Shown piece by piece: positions 1 to 10,304 of a DNA stretch of 64,000 nt. The stretch is from NCBI GenBank assembly GCA_963816145.1, contig CAWFJP010000003.1, forward strand, positions 839,848-903,847, in the 5' to 3' direction. This stretch comes from an uncultured delta proteobacterium. Lineage in GTDB: Bacteria > Desulfobacterota > Binatia > UBA9968. Under the pieces are notes generated by a model. The model was not told the origin of the DNA. It searched no databases and saw nothing but the letters and a program-made list of their open reading frames with translations. Made by a program: the position numbers and the translations under genes. Positions within the stretch are counted from its first letter, which is position 1, and every line of letters begins with the position of its first letter.

Positions 1-744
1 ACGCTGTACAGTTCCCTGCTCGCCAGCGGCGAACTGCCCAAGCGCGAAGCATCCCGGCTGCGCCGCTGCACCTCCGCCGGCGAGGCGCTGCCGCCCGACG
101 TCGGACGGCGCTGGTTCGAACACTTCGGCGTCGACATTCTCGATGGCTTGGGCTCAACGGAGATGCTGCATATTTTCTTATCGAACCGGCCCGACGCCAA
201 CCGCTACGGCACTTCCGGCAAGCCGGTGCCGGGCTATGAAGTTCGCCTGCTCGATGAAGATGGCAATCCGGTGCCAAAAGGCGAGCTTGGCGAGCTGCAC
301 ATTAACGGGCCGACCAGCGCCGCCTATTACTGGAACAATCGTGACAAGAGCCGCAATACCTTTCTCGGCCCCTGGACCAGAAGCGGCGACAAGTACAGCG
401 AGAGCGACGACGGCTATTTCACCTATGGCGGGCGCGCCGATGACATGCTCAAAGTCAGCGGCATCTGGGTGTCACCCTTCGAGGTCGAATCGGCGCTGAC
501 CTCCCACGCCGCCGTTCTCGAAGCCGCCGTGGTCGGCCGAGCCGATGAAAATGGCTTGATCAAACCGAAAGCCTTCGTCGTTTTGAAACCAGACGTACCG
601 CAATCGGACGAACTAAAAGCCGCGTTACAGCAGCATGTCAAAGCGCATTTGGCGCCGTACAAGTACCCGCGCTGGATCGAATTCGTCAGCGAACTGCCCA
701 AGACGGCGACGGGAAAAATCCAACGCTTCAAGCTGCGCGCTTGA
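1..744 (+). CDS. Benzoate-CoA ligase family protein (5' end outside window)
   Basis: Open frame from base 1; motifs SAGEALP, DGLGSTEMLHIF, RSGDKY, GRADDMLKVSG, LPKTATGKIQRFKLR. Confidence 0.9.
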   Translation, partial: TLYSSLLASGELPKREASRLRRCTSAGEALPPDVGRRWFEHFGVDILDGLGSTEMLHIFLSNRPDANRYGTSGKPVPGYEVRLLDEDGNPVPKGELGELHINGPTSAAYYWNNRDKSRNTFLGPWTRSGDKYSESDDGYFTYGGRADDMLKVSGIWVSPFEVESALTSHAAVLEAAVVGRADENGLIKPKAFVVLKPDVPQSDELKAALQQHVKAHLAPYKYPRWIEFVSELPKTATGKIQRFKLRA

Positions 745-792
745 AATCGATCTCGATTCTGTCAAAAAAAGAGCAATCTTGCGGAGGTACCC

Positions 793-1971
793 GTGAAACT
801 CACGCGTCGCAAATTCCTCACCCAGACCGCTCTGCTCACCGCCAGCGCGCTGTTGCCGCAGCCTTTCGCCATCGCCCAGTCGCCAAAGATCCGCGTCGGC
901 CTGATGCTGCCCTACACCGGCACCTACGCCCAGCTCGGCACCGCGATCACCAACGGTTTCAAGCTCGCCGTCAACCAGCGCGGCGGCAAACTCGGCGGCC
1001 GCGATTTGGAATACTTCACAGTCGACGACGAAGCCGAACCGTCGAAGGCGCCGGAGAACACCAACAAACTGGTCCAGCGCGATAAGGTCGACGTGCTGGT
1101 CGGCACGGTGCACAGCGGCGTGCAGATGGGCATGGTCAAGATCGCCAAGGAAACCAACACGCTGATGATCATCCCCAACGCCGGACTCGACGCTGCCACC
1201 GGGGCGCTGTGCGCGCCGAATATATTTCGCACGTCGTTTTCCAACTGGCAGCCGTCCTACCCGATGGGCAAAGTGCTCGCCGACCGCGGCATCAAGAACG
1301 TCGTCTCGCTGGCCTGGAAATACGGCGCCGGCGAAGAAGCCGTCGCCGGCTTCACCGAAGGATTCATCAAGGCCGGCGGCAAATCGGTGCGCGGTTTGTG
1401 GATACCGTTTCCCAATGCTGAGTTTCAGGCATTGCTTACCGAGATAGCCTCGCTCAAACCCGATGCGGTCTTCGTTTTTTTTGCCGGCGCCGGCGCCGCG
1501 AAATTCGTCAAGGACTACGCCGCCGCGGGATTGCGGAAAACCATCCCGCTGTTTGGCTCGGGGTTTCTGACCGACGGCATCTTGGACGCAATCCAAGACT
1601 CTGGTCAGGGCCTGGAAACGACTTTGCACTATGCCGATGGTTTGAACAGCAAACGCGATAAAGAGTTCCGTGCCGCGTACACGAAAGCTTTTACCAGCGA
1701 ACCCGATGTCTACGCGGTCCAGGGGTACGATGCCGGGTTACTGCTCGCCGCCGGACTCGACGCGGTGAAAGGAGACATCGCGAAGCGCAAAGAAATGATT
1801 GCCGCCATGGAGAAAGCCAAGATCGACAGCCCGCGCGGCGCCTGGACCCTATCGAGAGCGCATAATCCGATCCAAGATATATATCTGCGCAAAGTCGTCG
1901 GCAAAGAAAATCGCCTAGTCAGCATCGCCCATAAAGCGCTGGCCGATCCGGCAAGGGGATGTAAACTCTAG
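793..1971 (+). CDS. ABC transporter substrate-binding protein, LivJ/K-like (likely aromatic acid), with Tat signal
   Basis: N-terminal TRRKFL twin-arginine motif; VGLMLPYTG, VGTVHSG, YAVQGYDAG; next to the CoA ligase. Confidence 0.9.
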   Translation: MKLTRRKFLTQTALLTASALLPQPFAIAQSPKIRVGLMLPYTGTYAQLGTAITNGFKLAVNQRGGKLGGRDLEYFTVDDEAEPSKAPENTNKLVQRDKVDVLVGTVHSGVQMGMVKIAKETNTLMIIPNAGLDAATGALCAPNIFRTSFSNWQPSYPMGKVLADRGIKNVVSLAWKYGAGEEAVAGFTEGFIKAGGKSVRGLWIPFPNAEFQALLTEIASLKPDAVFVFFAGAGAAKFVKDYAAAGLRKTIPLFGSGFLTDGILDAIQDSGQGLETTLHYADGLNSKRDKEFRAAYTKAFTSEPDVYAVQGYDAGLLLAAGLDAVKGDIAKRKEMIAAMEKAKIDSPRGAWTLSRAHNPIQDIYLRKVVGKENRLVSIAHKALADPARGCKL

Positions 1972-1988
1972 CCGCGCCATAGCCGCGG

Positions 1989-2090
1989 CGTTCAACCCGT
2001 TCAAGCCGTTCAAAACGTTCAAGTCGTTCCGGAATCCGACCGGTTTCCGATAACGATTTGAACGTCTTGAACGACTTGAACGTTTTGAAC
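1989..2090. repeat. 9-bp-period palindromic repeat element (GTTCAA)n...(TTGAAC)n
   Basis: Tandem cgttcaa units followed by inverted ttgaacg units; same family at 19439-19600 and 30295-30420, variant at 12540-12573. Confidence 0.8.
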
Positions 2091-2948
2091 ATGTTCTATC
2101 TGATCCAGCTATTAAATGCGGTTCAATACGGCCTCCTGCTATTTCTTTTATCCAGCGGCCTGACGCTCATCTTCGGCATCATGGGCGTAATCAATCTCGC
2201 CCATGGCAGTTTCTACATGGTCGGCGCCTACCTGACCTATGGGTTGGCAAAATGGACCGGCAACCTATGGTTGGCGATACCCATCGGCGTCGCGATCGCG
2301 TTCGCCATTGGGCTTTTACTTGAGACGACGATCATTCAACGGCTGTATCGGCGCGATCACCTTTATCAAGTGCTGCTCACCTTCGGCTTGATTTTAATCT
2401 TGGAAGAGCTGCGCAGCATTTTCTTCGGCGACGAAGTGCACGGCGTCGCGGTGCCGGAGCTTTTGAATTATTCCCTGCCTCTGACCGAGACGCTGTCCTA
2501 TCCGGTCTACCGGCTGTTCGTCACAGCAATCTGTTTGTTCCTCGCCATCGTCATGTATTTCGTCATTCACAGAACCCGCGCCGGCATGATGATCCGCGCC
2601 GGCAACAGCAACCGTGAGATGGCCGCGGTTCTGGGCGTCAATATTCCTCTGCTGTTCGCTCTGGTGTTCGCCTGCGGCGTGGCGCTGGCGGCTTTTGCCG
2701 GCGCCATCGCCGCGCCGATCACCTCGGTCGCGCCGGGCATGGGCAATCAGGTTTTGATCATCTGCTTCGTCGTCGTGGTCATCGGCGGCATCGGTTCGAT
2801 CAACGGCGCTCTGCTTGCCGCGCTTCTCATCGGCGTTGCCGACACGCTTGGCAAGGTGCTGGCGCCTGAATACTCCGGCGTCGCCGTCTATCTCCTGATG
2901 GCGGCGATACTCTTGTGGCGGCCGCAGGGCTTGGCCAATAGGTCGTAA
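2091..2948 (+). CDS. livH: Branched-chain amino acid-type ABC permease
   Basis: GLTLIFGIMGVINLAHG, VVVIGGIGS motifs; the upstream ORF extension is only repeat sequence. Confidence 0.88.
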   Translation: MFYLIQLLNAVQYGLLLFLLSSGLTLIFGIMGVINLAHGSFYMVGAYLTYGLAKWTGNLWLAIPIGVAIAFAIGLLLETTIIQRLYRRDHLYQVLLTFGLILILEELRSIFFGDEVHGVAVPELLNYSLPLTETLSYPVYRLFVTAICLFLAIVMYFVIHRTRAGMMIRAGNSNREMAAVLGVNIPLLFALVFACGVALAAFAGAIAAPITSVAPGMGNQVLIICFVVVVIGGIGSINGALLAALLIGVADTLGKVLAPEYSGVAVYLLMAAILLWRPQGLANRS

Positions 2949-2954
2949 TCCGCC

Positions 2955-3962
2955 GTGACCCATATCACCCTGCCATGCTGGTTTTTGTTGGGAGTCGTGC
3001 TGCTGCTGGCCCTAGTGCCCTTTGGCGCGACGACTTTCTATCTCCAGCTCGGCGCCAAGATCATGATCATGGCGATCTTCGCCTTGAGCCTCGACCTGCT
3101 CATCGGCCATACCGGATTGGTCAGCTTCGGCCACGCCGCCTACTTCGGCGTGGCCGCCTACACGCTGGCGCTGATCACACCGAAATATGAAGCGGCGAAC
3201 TTCTGGCTCACCCTGCCGGCGTCAATCGCCGCCGCGGGCCTTGCCGCGCTGGTCATCGGTTTTTTGGTCGTGCGCACCGCCGGAGTCTATTTCATCATGG
3301 TCACTCTCGCCTTTGCGCAGATGCTTTATGCGATCTTCCACGACACCAAGCTCGGCGGCGGTTCCGATGGCGTCTACATCAACGTCCGGCCGGAAATGAC
3401 GGTTGCCGGCTTCAAGCCCCTCGACCTCGAAAGCCCGGCGCAGTTTTATTACCTGGCGCTGATCCTGCTGGTCGCGGTCTATGGGCTTTTGCATAAAGTC
3501 TTGCACGCTCCATTCGGTCGGGCTCTCGCCGGCATTCGCGTCAACGAACAGCGCATGCGTTCCATCGGCTTTCCGGTCTTCGCTTACAAACTCGGCGCTT
3601 TCACCCTCGCCGGCGCCCTCGGCGGACTCGCGGGTTACCTCGCCGCCTGCCAATTTGGCTTCGTCAATCCGGAAATCCTCGCGTGGCACCAGTCCGGCAC
3701 CGTGCTCATGATGGTAATCCTGGGCGGCATGGGCCGGCTCCACGGCGCCGTCATCGGCGCGGCGGCTTATGTTTTATTGCAAGAACTGTTTTCTTCATCG
3801 GCTCTGTTCGGCACCTACGCCAAACATTGGCAGTTGTCGATGGGCGCCTTGATCGTCATCATCGTGCTCGCCCTCCCCCATGGCGTCGGCGGAGTCATCG
3901 ATGTCGCCTGGCGCCGTCGCGGCTACCGTCAGGATGGTAACGCGGAGGCCGCCGATGGCTGA
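2955..3962 (+). CDS. livM: Branched-chain amino acid-type ABC permease
   Basis: SLDLLIGHTGLVSFGHAAYFG, YFIMVTLAFAQ, MVILGGMG. Confidence 0.88.
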   Translation: MTHITLPCWFLLGVVLLLALVPFGATTFYLQLGAKIMIMAIFALSLDLLIGHTGLVSFGHAAYFGVAAYTLALITPKYEAANFWLTLPASIAAAGLAALVIGFLVVRTAGVYFIMVTLAFAQMLYAIFHDTKLGGGSDGVYINVRPEMTVAGFKPLDLESPAQFYYLALILLVAVYGLLHKVLHAPFGRALAGIRVNEQRMRSIGFPVFAYKLGAFTLAGALGGLAGYLAACQFGFVNPEILAWHQSGTVLMMVILGGMGRLHGAVIGAAAYVLLQELFSSSALFGTYAKHWQLSMGALIVIIVLALPHGVGGVIDVAWRRRGYRQDGNAEAADG

Positions 3963-4713
3963 CCCGATCTTGCAAGCGCGTAATCTCACCAAACACTTCG
4001 GCGGCTTGGCCGCGGTTGATGATGTATCGCTGGCGGTTTGTCCCGGCCAGTTGCATGGCCTCATCGGCCCCAACGGCGCCGGCAAGTCGACCTTGATCAA
4101 TCTGCTTTCCGGCGAGCTGCGCGCTACTGCCGGTCAAATCCTTTTTCAAGGGCGCGAGATCGGCCGGCTCGCACCGGAACAACGTTCCCGTCTCGGCATC
4201 GGTCGCAGTTTTCAAAAGACCAACATCTTTCCCAGCTTCACCGTCCTGGAAAATTGCCGCCTTGCCGTCCAGTCGCGCCAACCGCGGCCGCTCGCATGGT
4301 GGCGCGACGCGCTGAGTTACGACTCGGCAATGCTCAAAGCGCGTGAGGCTCTTGCAGCTGTCTCTTTGAGCGAACGCGCCGGCGATTTCGCCTTCGCCCT
4401 CAGTCACGGCGAACAGCGCCAGTTGGAAATCGCCATGTGCTTGGCCACCGAGCCGCAGTTATTACTCCTCGACGAGCCGCTCGCCGGTATGGGCATGGAC
4501 GAGTCGCTGCGCATGATCGAACTCATCAAAAAACTCAGCGCCGCTCACGCCATACTCCTGGTCGAACATGACATGGACGCGGTGTTTCAGTTGGCCCAAG
4601 TGCTGACCGTGATGGTCGATGGCCGGCTTCTGGCATCCGGCACGCCGGCAGAGATCCGCGCCGATCGTGCGGTGCAAGCCGCCTACCTCGGCGCAGCGGA
4701 GAGTCGGCCATGA
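3955..4713 (+). CDS. livG: ABC transporter ATP-binding protein
   Basis: Walker A GPNGAGKS, LSHGEQR, LLLDEP, VEHDM; ATG overlaps the livM stop. Confidence 0.9.
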   Translation: MADPILQARNLTKHFGGLAAVDDVSLAVCPGQLHGLIGPNGAGKSTLINLLSGELRATAGQILFQGREIGRLAPEQRSRLGIGRSFQKTNIFPSFTVLENCRLAVQSRQPRPLAWWRDALSYDSAMLKAREALAAVSLSERAGDFAFALSHGEQRQLEIAMCLATEPQLLLLDEPLAGMGMDESLRMIELIKKLSAAHAILLVEHDMDAVFQLAQVLTVMVDGRLLASGTPAEIRADRAVQAAYLGAAESRP

Positions 4714-5426
4714 GCGCTGCGGCGATCATAGAAGCCCGGGAGCTGCATACTTATTACGGCACAAGTCACGTGTTGCACGGCATAGATTTCAGCGTGCGCC
4801 CGGGTGAAGCCGTCGGCTTGATGGGCCGCAATGGCATGGGCAAGACGACGCTGATTCGCACTCTGCTCGGCCTGGTACCGGCGCGCCGCGGCGAAGTTCG
4901 TATCGACGGCAAGGCCATGACCCGCGCCGCACCGCACCACGTCGCGCGCCAAGGGATCGCCTATGTTCCCGAAGGGCGCGGCATCTTTGGCAATCTAACG
5001 GTGCGGGAGAATCTCCTTATGGCGGCCAGGCCGGGAACCGAGGGTCAGAATCTCTGGAGCTTCGAACGCGTGCTGCAAACCTTCCCGCGCCTGTCCCAGC
5101 GGCTGTCTCATGGCGGCCAACAGCTTTCCGGCGGCGAACAGCAGATGCTCGCCGTCGGCCGCGCCCTGATGACCAATCCAAGGCTTTTGATCCTTGACGA
5201 AGCCACCGAAGGATTGGCACCGCTCATCGCCAGCGAGATCTGGCGCATCCTCGCCGCCATTCGGCGCAGCGGCATCGCCGTGATCATCGTCGACAAAAAC
5301 TTCGCCGCGGTCTCGGCGCTCACCGATAGAAATGTTATTTTGGTCAAAGGGAGGATCGCGTTCGAAGGGAGCGGAAGTGAATTGACAGTCCAACCCGATC
5401 TCATGCAGCAATATCTGGGCATCTGA
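4710..5426 (+). CDS. livF: ABC transporter ATP-binding protein
   Basis: GRNGMGKT, YVPEGR, LSGGEQQML, LILDEATEGLAP. Confidence 0.9.
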   Translation: MSAAAIIEARELHTYYGTSHVLHGIDFSVRPGEAVGLMGRNGMGKTTLIRTLLGLVPARRGEVRIDGKAMTRAAPHHVARQGIAYVPEGRGIFGNLTVRENLLMAARPGTEGQNLWSFERVLQTFPRLSQRLSHGGQQLSGGEQQMLAVGRALMTNPRLLILDEATEGLAPLIASEIWRILAAIRRSGIAVIIVDKNFAAVSALTDRNVILVKGRIAFEGSGSELTVQPDLMQQYLGI

Positions 5427-5550
5427 ATCAGCGCGCCTCACCACAAACCTCGCCGCGGCGAAGGATCAAAGCTGCGAGCCCTAAAGCGGACCGATTCTGC
5501 GAGCCCCCGGCCGAAACCCGCAACTCGAAACCAAATTCTGCGACATAGTG

Positions 5551-5746
5551 TAATCGAGTGGGTACTGACTTTCTGGAAAATTACTCTCCCGTGGCCAGTT
5601 CCTCCCTTTCGCAAAGGGAGGTTAGGAGGGATTTTTCATGGCTTGGAAGATCGTCTCCAGCAAAATCCCCCCAACCCCCCCTTTTTCTAAAGGGGGGCGA
5701 AACCTACAAGAACAGCATTTCTTAACAAATTTCACCCACTCGATGA
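5551..5746. mobile_element. MITE-like element with terminal inverted repeats enclosing a REP-like hairpin pair
   Basis: taATCGAGTGGGT...ACCCACTCGATga ends; internal cctccctttcgcaaagggagg and cccccctttttctaaagggggg hairpins. Confidence 0.6.
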
Positions 5747-5763
5747 CGCGAATAGCCCAAATT

Positions 5764-6111
5764 CTAAACCGGCCAGCCATGCTCGGATAGATCGATCAGG
5801 TTGCCGTCGGGATCGGCAATGCGGTATTCAGCCTCCCGGTTGGGCGGTCGTTTCTGCACTTCGGTTTTAGCCCCCAGCTCTTTCGCGACCGGCCGCAAAG
5901 CGTCGATGCTGTCGAGCTCCATGCCGAAATGATAGAGCCCCTCATTGTAATGCGGCCGTTTTTCAATGATCGCAAGATTAATATAGCCGTCGGACAAATA
6001 GATTGCCGGCCCGACGCCGTCGATCACTTTCAGGCCGAAAGCTTCGGTGTAGAATTTCACCAACCGCTCGCGGTTCTCACTGACGATCGCTAAATGCCGA
6101 ATCCGTGCCAT
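5764..6111 (-). CDS. VOC/glyoxalase family protein
   Basis: IRHLAI...FYTEAFG, LYHFG, DPDGNLIDLS; RBS aaggag before ATG at 6111. Confidence 0.85.
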   Translation of the reverse strand: MARIRHLAIVSENRERLVKFYTEAFGLKVIDGVGPAIYLSDGYINLAIIEKRPHYNEGLYHFGMELDSIDALRPVAKELGAKTEVQKRPPNREAEYRIADPDGNLIDLSEHGWPV

Positions 6112-6204
6112 GATTTGTCTCCTTTGGCTGATTGATGCTTCAAACATGAATGGTGCGGCGTTTCGTTCAACTGCCGCTGCACAGCGAACTCGCGACCTCA
6201 CCCT

Positions 6205-6447
6205 CTATTCTTCGCGCCAAACGCTTTCCGGATGGCGTTCGATCAGTTCATGAACGAATTGCGCGAACTGCCCATTGGACTCCGAACCGTCCGCTTGAAC
6301 ACCGCCGGCGTGGGCCCCCAAAAGACACATGACCCGGCCGTCGTTCTCAGTGATCTCGATGAACGAATTGGTACCGAACAAAACCTGAACCCTCTTATAA
6401 CCATGCTGCCGGTCGCCCTCGACCACAACACCCCGGATTTTCGCCAT
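6205..6447 (-). CDS. Hypothetical protein (80 aa)
   Basis: Good RBS (aaggag), host-like codon usage, co-oriented in operon. Confidence 0.7.
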   Translation of the reverse strand: MAKIRGVVVEGDRQHGYKRVQVLFGTNSFIEITENDGRVMCLLGAHAGGVQADGSESNGQFAQFVHELIERHPESVWREE

Positions 6448-6467
6448 GGCGCAACTCCTTTGGCAAT

Positions 6468-7556
6468 CTACCGATGCAGTAAATACTCCTCGCGTAATTG
6501 CTGGTAGGGACGATCGAACTGCACAGCGTCCTCGGGCGTCAACACCAAAACTTTTACACCCTTGGCTTGAATGTCGAGGTCGGGGTAGCGCGGCCTGACA
6601 TCGCGCCGGCCGGAGATTCTCCCGCTCTCGGAGAAGATTTTTTGCGCCGGCTCCGACAAGATGTAGTCAAGCAACAGTGCCGCCGCGTGTGGCCGCGGCG
6701 TTTTCCTGACCACTCCGATGGGGCTCGGCGTCGCCGGGGTGGGGTTGGGATACGAGATTTCCACCGGGCAACCGCGCGTGTGTTTCATATCCGCCAAGCG
6801 ATAGGCGTAGAGATCGATGGCGGCTTTGAATTCGCCGGCGCATAAAAGCTGGGCCAGCAACGTATGCCCCTTGCGGACGACGACATCATTCTTGCTGATC
6901 CCTTGGAGATACTTCTTGGTCCGCTCTTCGCCCCAAGTCTTGAACCAACCCATGATCGACTTGTCGGGGTCCATATCGAGGGCGAAATTTCCCTTCCACT
7001 TAGGCTCCAAGAAATCCTCATATTTTTTTGGCGCCTCGGTGGCCGACACCATCCTCGTGTTGTAGGCGATCACGGCGATATTATAGTCCCACGCCGTCCA
7101 ATAGCCTTGCTTATCGACAAAGATCTCGCCGAAGGCAGCCCGCTCTGGAGAGTAGTAACGTCCGGCAATACCCGCTTTAATCAACACTGGCATATGCTCA
7201 TTGCTCGGCGCCAGCACATCGGCGTCGAGCTTGCCGGCGCGCGCTTCAGTCAAGAGCCGATTGGCCACGCGTTCTCCCGAAGCGCGGTAGCCATCGATTC
7301 TTATGCCATAGCGTTTCTCGAAATCGATGCGCAGCCGTTCCAAATGATCGCTGCTGATATTGCCGTAGATAATCGCCTTGCTGCCTTCGCTCTTGGCGCC
7401 GGCAACCAGCCGCTTCTGGCGCTCGTCGGCCGGCAGCTTGTTGAGCTCCTGCCAAATTTCTTCAGGCTCCTTGGTTGCAGCCGCGACAGCCTGGCGCGAC
7501 GGCATGGCGACGATCACGATGATGAGTAAGCCGATACCGCGTGGAATCATTCTCAT
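6468..7556 (-). CDS. Extracellular solute-binding protein (Fe3+/thiamine-type ABC family)
   Basis: Signal peptide; IAYNT, DFLEPKWKG, PRPHAAALLLDYILS. Confidence 0.85.
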   Translation of the reverse strand: MRMIPRGIGLLIIVIVAMPSRQAVAAATKEPEEIWQELNKLPADERQKRLVAGAKSEGSKAIIYGNISSDHLERLRIDFEKRYGIRIDGYRASGERVANRLLTEARAGKLDADVLAPSNEHMPVLIKAGIAGRYYSPERAAFGEIFVDKQGYWTAWDYNIAVIAYNTRMVSATEAPKKYEDFLEPKWKGNFALDMDPDKSIMGWFKTWGEERTKKYLQGISKNDVVVRKGHTLLAQLLCAGEFKAAIDLYAYRLADMKHTRGCPVEISYPNPTPATPSPIGVVRKTPRPHAAALLLDYILSEPAQKIFSESGRISGRRDVRPRYPDLDIQAKGVKVLVLTPEDAVQFDRPYQQLREEYLLHR

Positions 7557-7611
7557 GGAGCTCTCCTCGGCATGGCGACAATCCACCGCAAAGATTTAAC
7601 TTCTCCTCGAT

Positions 7612-8643
7612 TTACTTCAGCAGCTCCCGCAGTTTGTTAACGACCGTTGGATCGGCTTTGAAAAAGCCATTGACGATCCGTTCCAGTTCTTCGCCGGCCA
7701 CCGGCGTCAACTCGAAGTTGCCTTTCTTCGCCTCGGCGACGAACTCGGGGTCCTTCATGGTCTCTTGGAACGCCCGTCGCAAAATCTCGGTGCGCTCCTT
7801 GGGCGTACCCGGCGGGAAGGAATAGATGTAGGTGATGGCGCCGACATCGTGCAAACCAAGCTGCAGCAGCTTCCTGCCGAAGTCGGTCTTGGCGAAACTC
7901 ACCGCCGTCGCCACGTCGCGCAGCTCCGGATGAGGCTCCGCCGCGTTCTGCAACACGACTTTGATGTCGCCGGATTCGAGCTCCTTGCGCCAGGTGACTT
8001 TGGTCGAAGCCCAGGCGAGACCGCAAATGCCGGACACTTCGTTAGCCGCAACCGCAAGCCGGATTTCCGCCGTGCCCTTGTAACCTGAGACGATTTGCAC
8101 CGGCACGCCGATCGCCTCCTTGAGAATCGCGACATTGTCGTAGGGGCTCGAACCGGGCGGCGTCGCGCCCATTTTGACCGGCGTCGGCGAACTCAGCCAT
8201 TTTTGCGCGCTGTCGATGCCGCTGGCCTTGGACATCACGCATGTGTCGTGGTTCTTTACCGGCGCGCCGATATATTCAAACCTGCGCGCGTCAAATTCGA
8301 CGCCCGGTTTGCCGATCAGCTGATGAACCACCAGGTTGCCGATCCAGTTGCCCATCGTGAGGCCGTCCGGTTTGGCCTGGCGATAGAGATAATTGGTGCC
8401 GATCAAAAACGCCGCGCCGGGCATGTTCTCGATGACGATGCTTGGATTGCCCGGGATATGCTTGCTCATGTGGCGGGCAATCATGCGCGAGTACGCGTCG
8501 AAGCCACCGCCCGGCGTGGTCGCGACCACGATACGAATGGTTTTGCCTTTGTAAAAATCTTGCCCGTACGCCGGCGAGCGGTTCAACTCAAGAGCCGCCG
8601 CCAGCAGCAAGAACATGATCCCCAACCGCTTGCCAATGGACAT
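7612..8643 (-). CDS. Tripartite tricarboxylate transporter substrate-binding protein (Bug/TctC family)
   Basis: FYKGKTI, PGGGFDAYSR, ENMPGA, GYKGT, PPGTPKER. Confidence 0.88.
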   Translation of the reverse strand: MSIGKRLGIMFLLLAAALELNRSPAYGQDFYKGKTIRIVVATTPGGGFDAYSRMIARHMSKHIPGNPSIVIENMPGAAFLIGTNYLYRQAKPDGLTMGNWIGNLVVHQLIGKPGVEFDARRFEYIGAPVKNHDTCVMSKASGIDSAQKWLSSPTPVKMGATPPGSSPYDNVAILKEAIGVPVQIVSGYKGTAEIRLAVAANEVSGICGLAWASTKVTWRKELESGDIKVVLQNAAEPHPELRDVATAVSFAKTDFGRKLLQLGLHDVGAITYIYSFPPGTPKERTEILRRAFQETMKDPEFVAEAKKGNFELTPVAGEELERIVNGFFKADPTVVNKLRELLK

Positions 8644-8690
8644 CGTTTACCTCTCCTTTAGTTTTGGTTGCTCCCGGACTCCGGCAACTC

Positions 8691-9941
8691 CTAGCGCCGC
8701 GTGCGCACTAATTCAAGCGGAAACTTATTCAGACAATGCGGTCCGTCTTTTTCGATGGCAAAGAAATCGCCGACAAACAAACCCCGCGTATGGCTCTTAT
8801 CGACGATATGCATCTGCAAGGTAAAGACATGGCCGACCTGGTAGACCAGCCTGCCATCGGCATCGAAAAGATAACGGTCCTCAGCGCTCTGCACCCGATC
8901 AAAGCCGATCTGCGGTTCGTGGCGCGGATTGGCGCCGAGCATGCCCTGGAGAAAGCCGCCGTAAAACTCGAATGGCGAATCTTTGACGAACTCCATGGCG
9001 GCAATCGAATCGTCGCTCGACTTGCCGGCGTAAAGCGTCGGCACCAGCCGCCGGTAGCCTTCGAGCGCGACCTCGAACATCGCTTTATACTCGGCGGTCG
9101 GCGCGCCGGTCAGCACCGGCCTGCCGCATTGGGCTTCGTAGCCGTTGTAAAAAATCCCGAGCTCGTTATTGATGATATCCCGTTCGCCGATGACGCGATC
9201 CACCGGCCGCGGCCGTTGATCGTTGACATCGGGATCGAGCATGGAGCAGGAGCCGATTTGAATCATGCCCATCTCGCCACCGGCTTTGAGCACCGCCTCG
9301 TGGACGATGCCGAACACTTCGCCCTCGGTCATGCCCGGCTTCACCCGCTCCTGCATGGCGCGCAAGCCAGCGTCGCCGAACTCGGCTGATTTTTCCAAAA
9401 ACTGAATTTCTTCGGCGCTCTTGAGCAACCGCATGGCGATGAACTCTTTGGTGACGAAGACAAACTCCGCCTGGGGCAGATTGCCGGTGAAAAAATCCCA
9501 GTGGTTCTTTGGAATCGACGTGTAGGGATCGTATTCGACGATGCCAATGCGCCCTCTGTCATAACCGCGCTCTTTAATCTCGTTGACGATCGCGCCGAGC
9601 ACGCTGGGTTTGCCGACGATGACATTGCGCACCGCCGTGCGTGCCAACATGCCGCCGGCCAAGGAATGGCCCGGCCGGGTCACCACCGCGGGGTCGCCGT
9701 CCTTGGGGAAAAAACAGTAATTCGCCATCTCCGCCTTGCCCATCATGTTGGTGACGTAGCGGAAGTTGAACCACAGCCGTCCATAGGCCGCCGAGCCGCC
9801 AATGATCAACATGCAATCGAGCCGCTGCTCGCGCATCATCCTGCGAATATTCGTGTAGCGCCGCTCATACTCCGCCTTGGAAAAACGCGGGTACGGAAAG
9901 CGCCTTTGCATTTTTTCCAGCTCATCTTCGCCAAGCAGCAT
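8691..9941 (-). CDS. M24/creatinase-fold protein with non-canonical active site
   Basis: FSKAEYERR, KSAEEI, KPGMTEGEV pita-bread motifs; metal ligands substituted. Confidence 0.75.
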   Translation of the reverse strand: MLLGEDELEKMQRRFPYPRFSKAEYERRYTNIRRMMREQRLDCMLIIGGSAAYGRLWFNFRYVTNMMGKAEMANYCFFPKDGDPAVVTRPGHSLAGGMLARTAVRNVIVGKPSVLGAIVNEIKERGYDRGRIGIVEYDPYTSIPKNHWDFFTGNLPQAEFVFVTKEFIAMRLLKSAEEIQFLEKSAEFGDAGLRAMQERVKPGMTEGEVFGIVHEAVLKAGGEMGMIQIGSCSMLDPDVNDQRPRPVDRVIGERDIINNELGIFYNGYEAQCGRPVLTGAPTAEYKAMFEVALEGYRRLVPTLYAGKSSDDSIAAMEFVKDSPFEFYGGFLQGMLGANPRHEPQIGFDRVQSAEDRYLFDADGRLVYQVGHVFTLQMHIVDKSHTRGLFVGDFFAIEKDGPHCLNKFPLELVRTRR

Positions 9942-10077
9942 CGAAGCCTCCCATTTAACGAACCGCGCCCAATATTTGCGTGGTTGCGGATCTTGTCCGA
10001 CATCCTCCCCCTCGACGGGAGAGGATTGAGAGGTGAGGGTGCCTTTGAACACCCCTCATCCTAGCCTTCTCCCGCAA

Positions 10078-10209
10078 GAGGCTGTGTCGTATTGCGCAAA
10101 TGCCCCACATTTGTCATCCCGAGCGCAGCGAGGGATCTCGTGTTTTCAGCCACATACGAAGAAGAGATTCCTCGGCTTCACCTCGAAATGACAGTTACGA
10201 CACAGTCTC
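10078..10209 (+). mobile_element. 132-bp MITE, copy 1
   Basis: TIR GAGGCTGTGTCG...CGACACAGTCTC; CAA duplicated on both sides; near-identical copies at 20666 and 23443. Confidence 0.85.
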
Positions 10210-10304
10210 CAAGGGGAGAAGGAACGGGAATTGCCAATCACGAGTTTCACTGCGCGCCGCGAAATTCGCCGACAGCATCACCCACGGTCACGAACACCAG
10301 TTAT

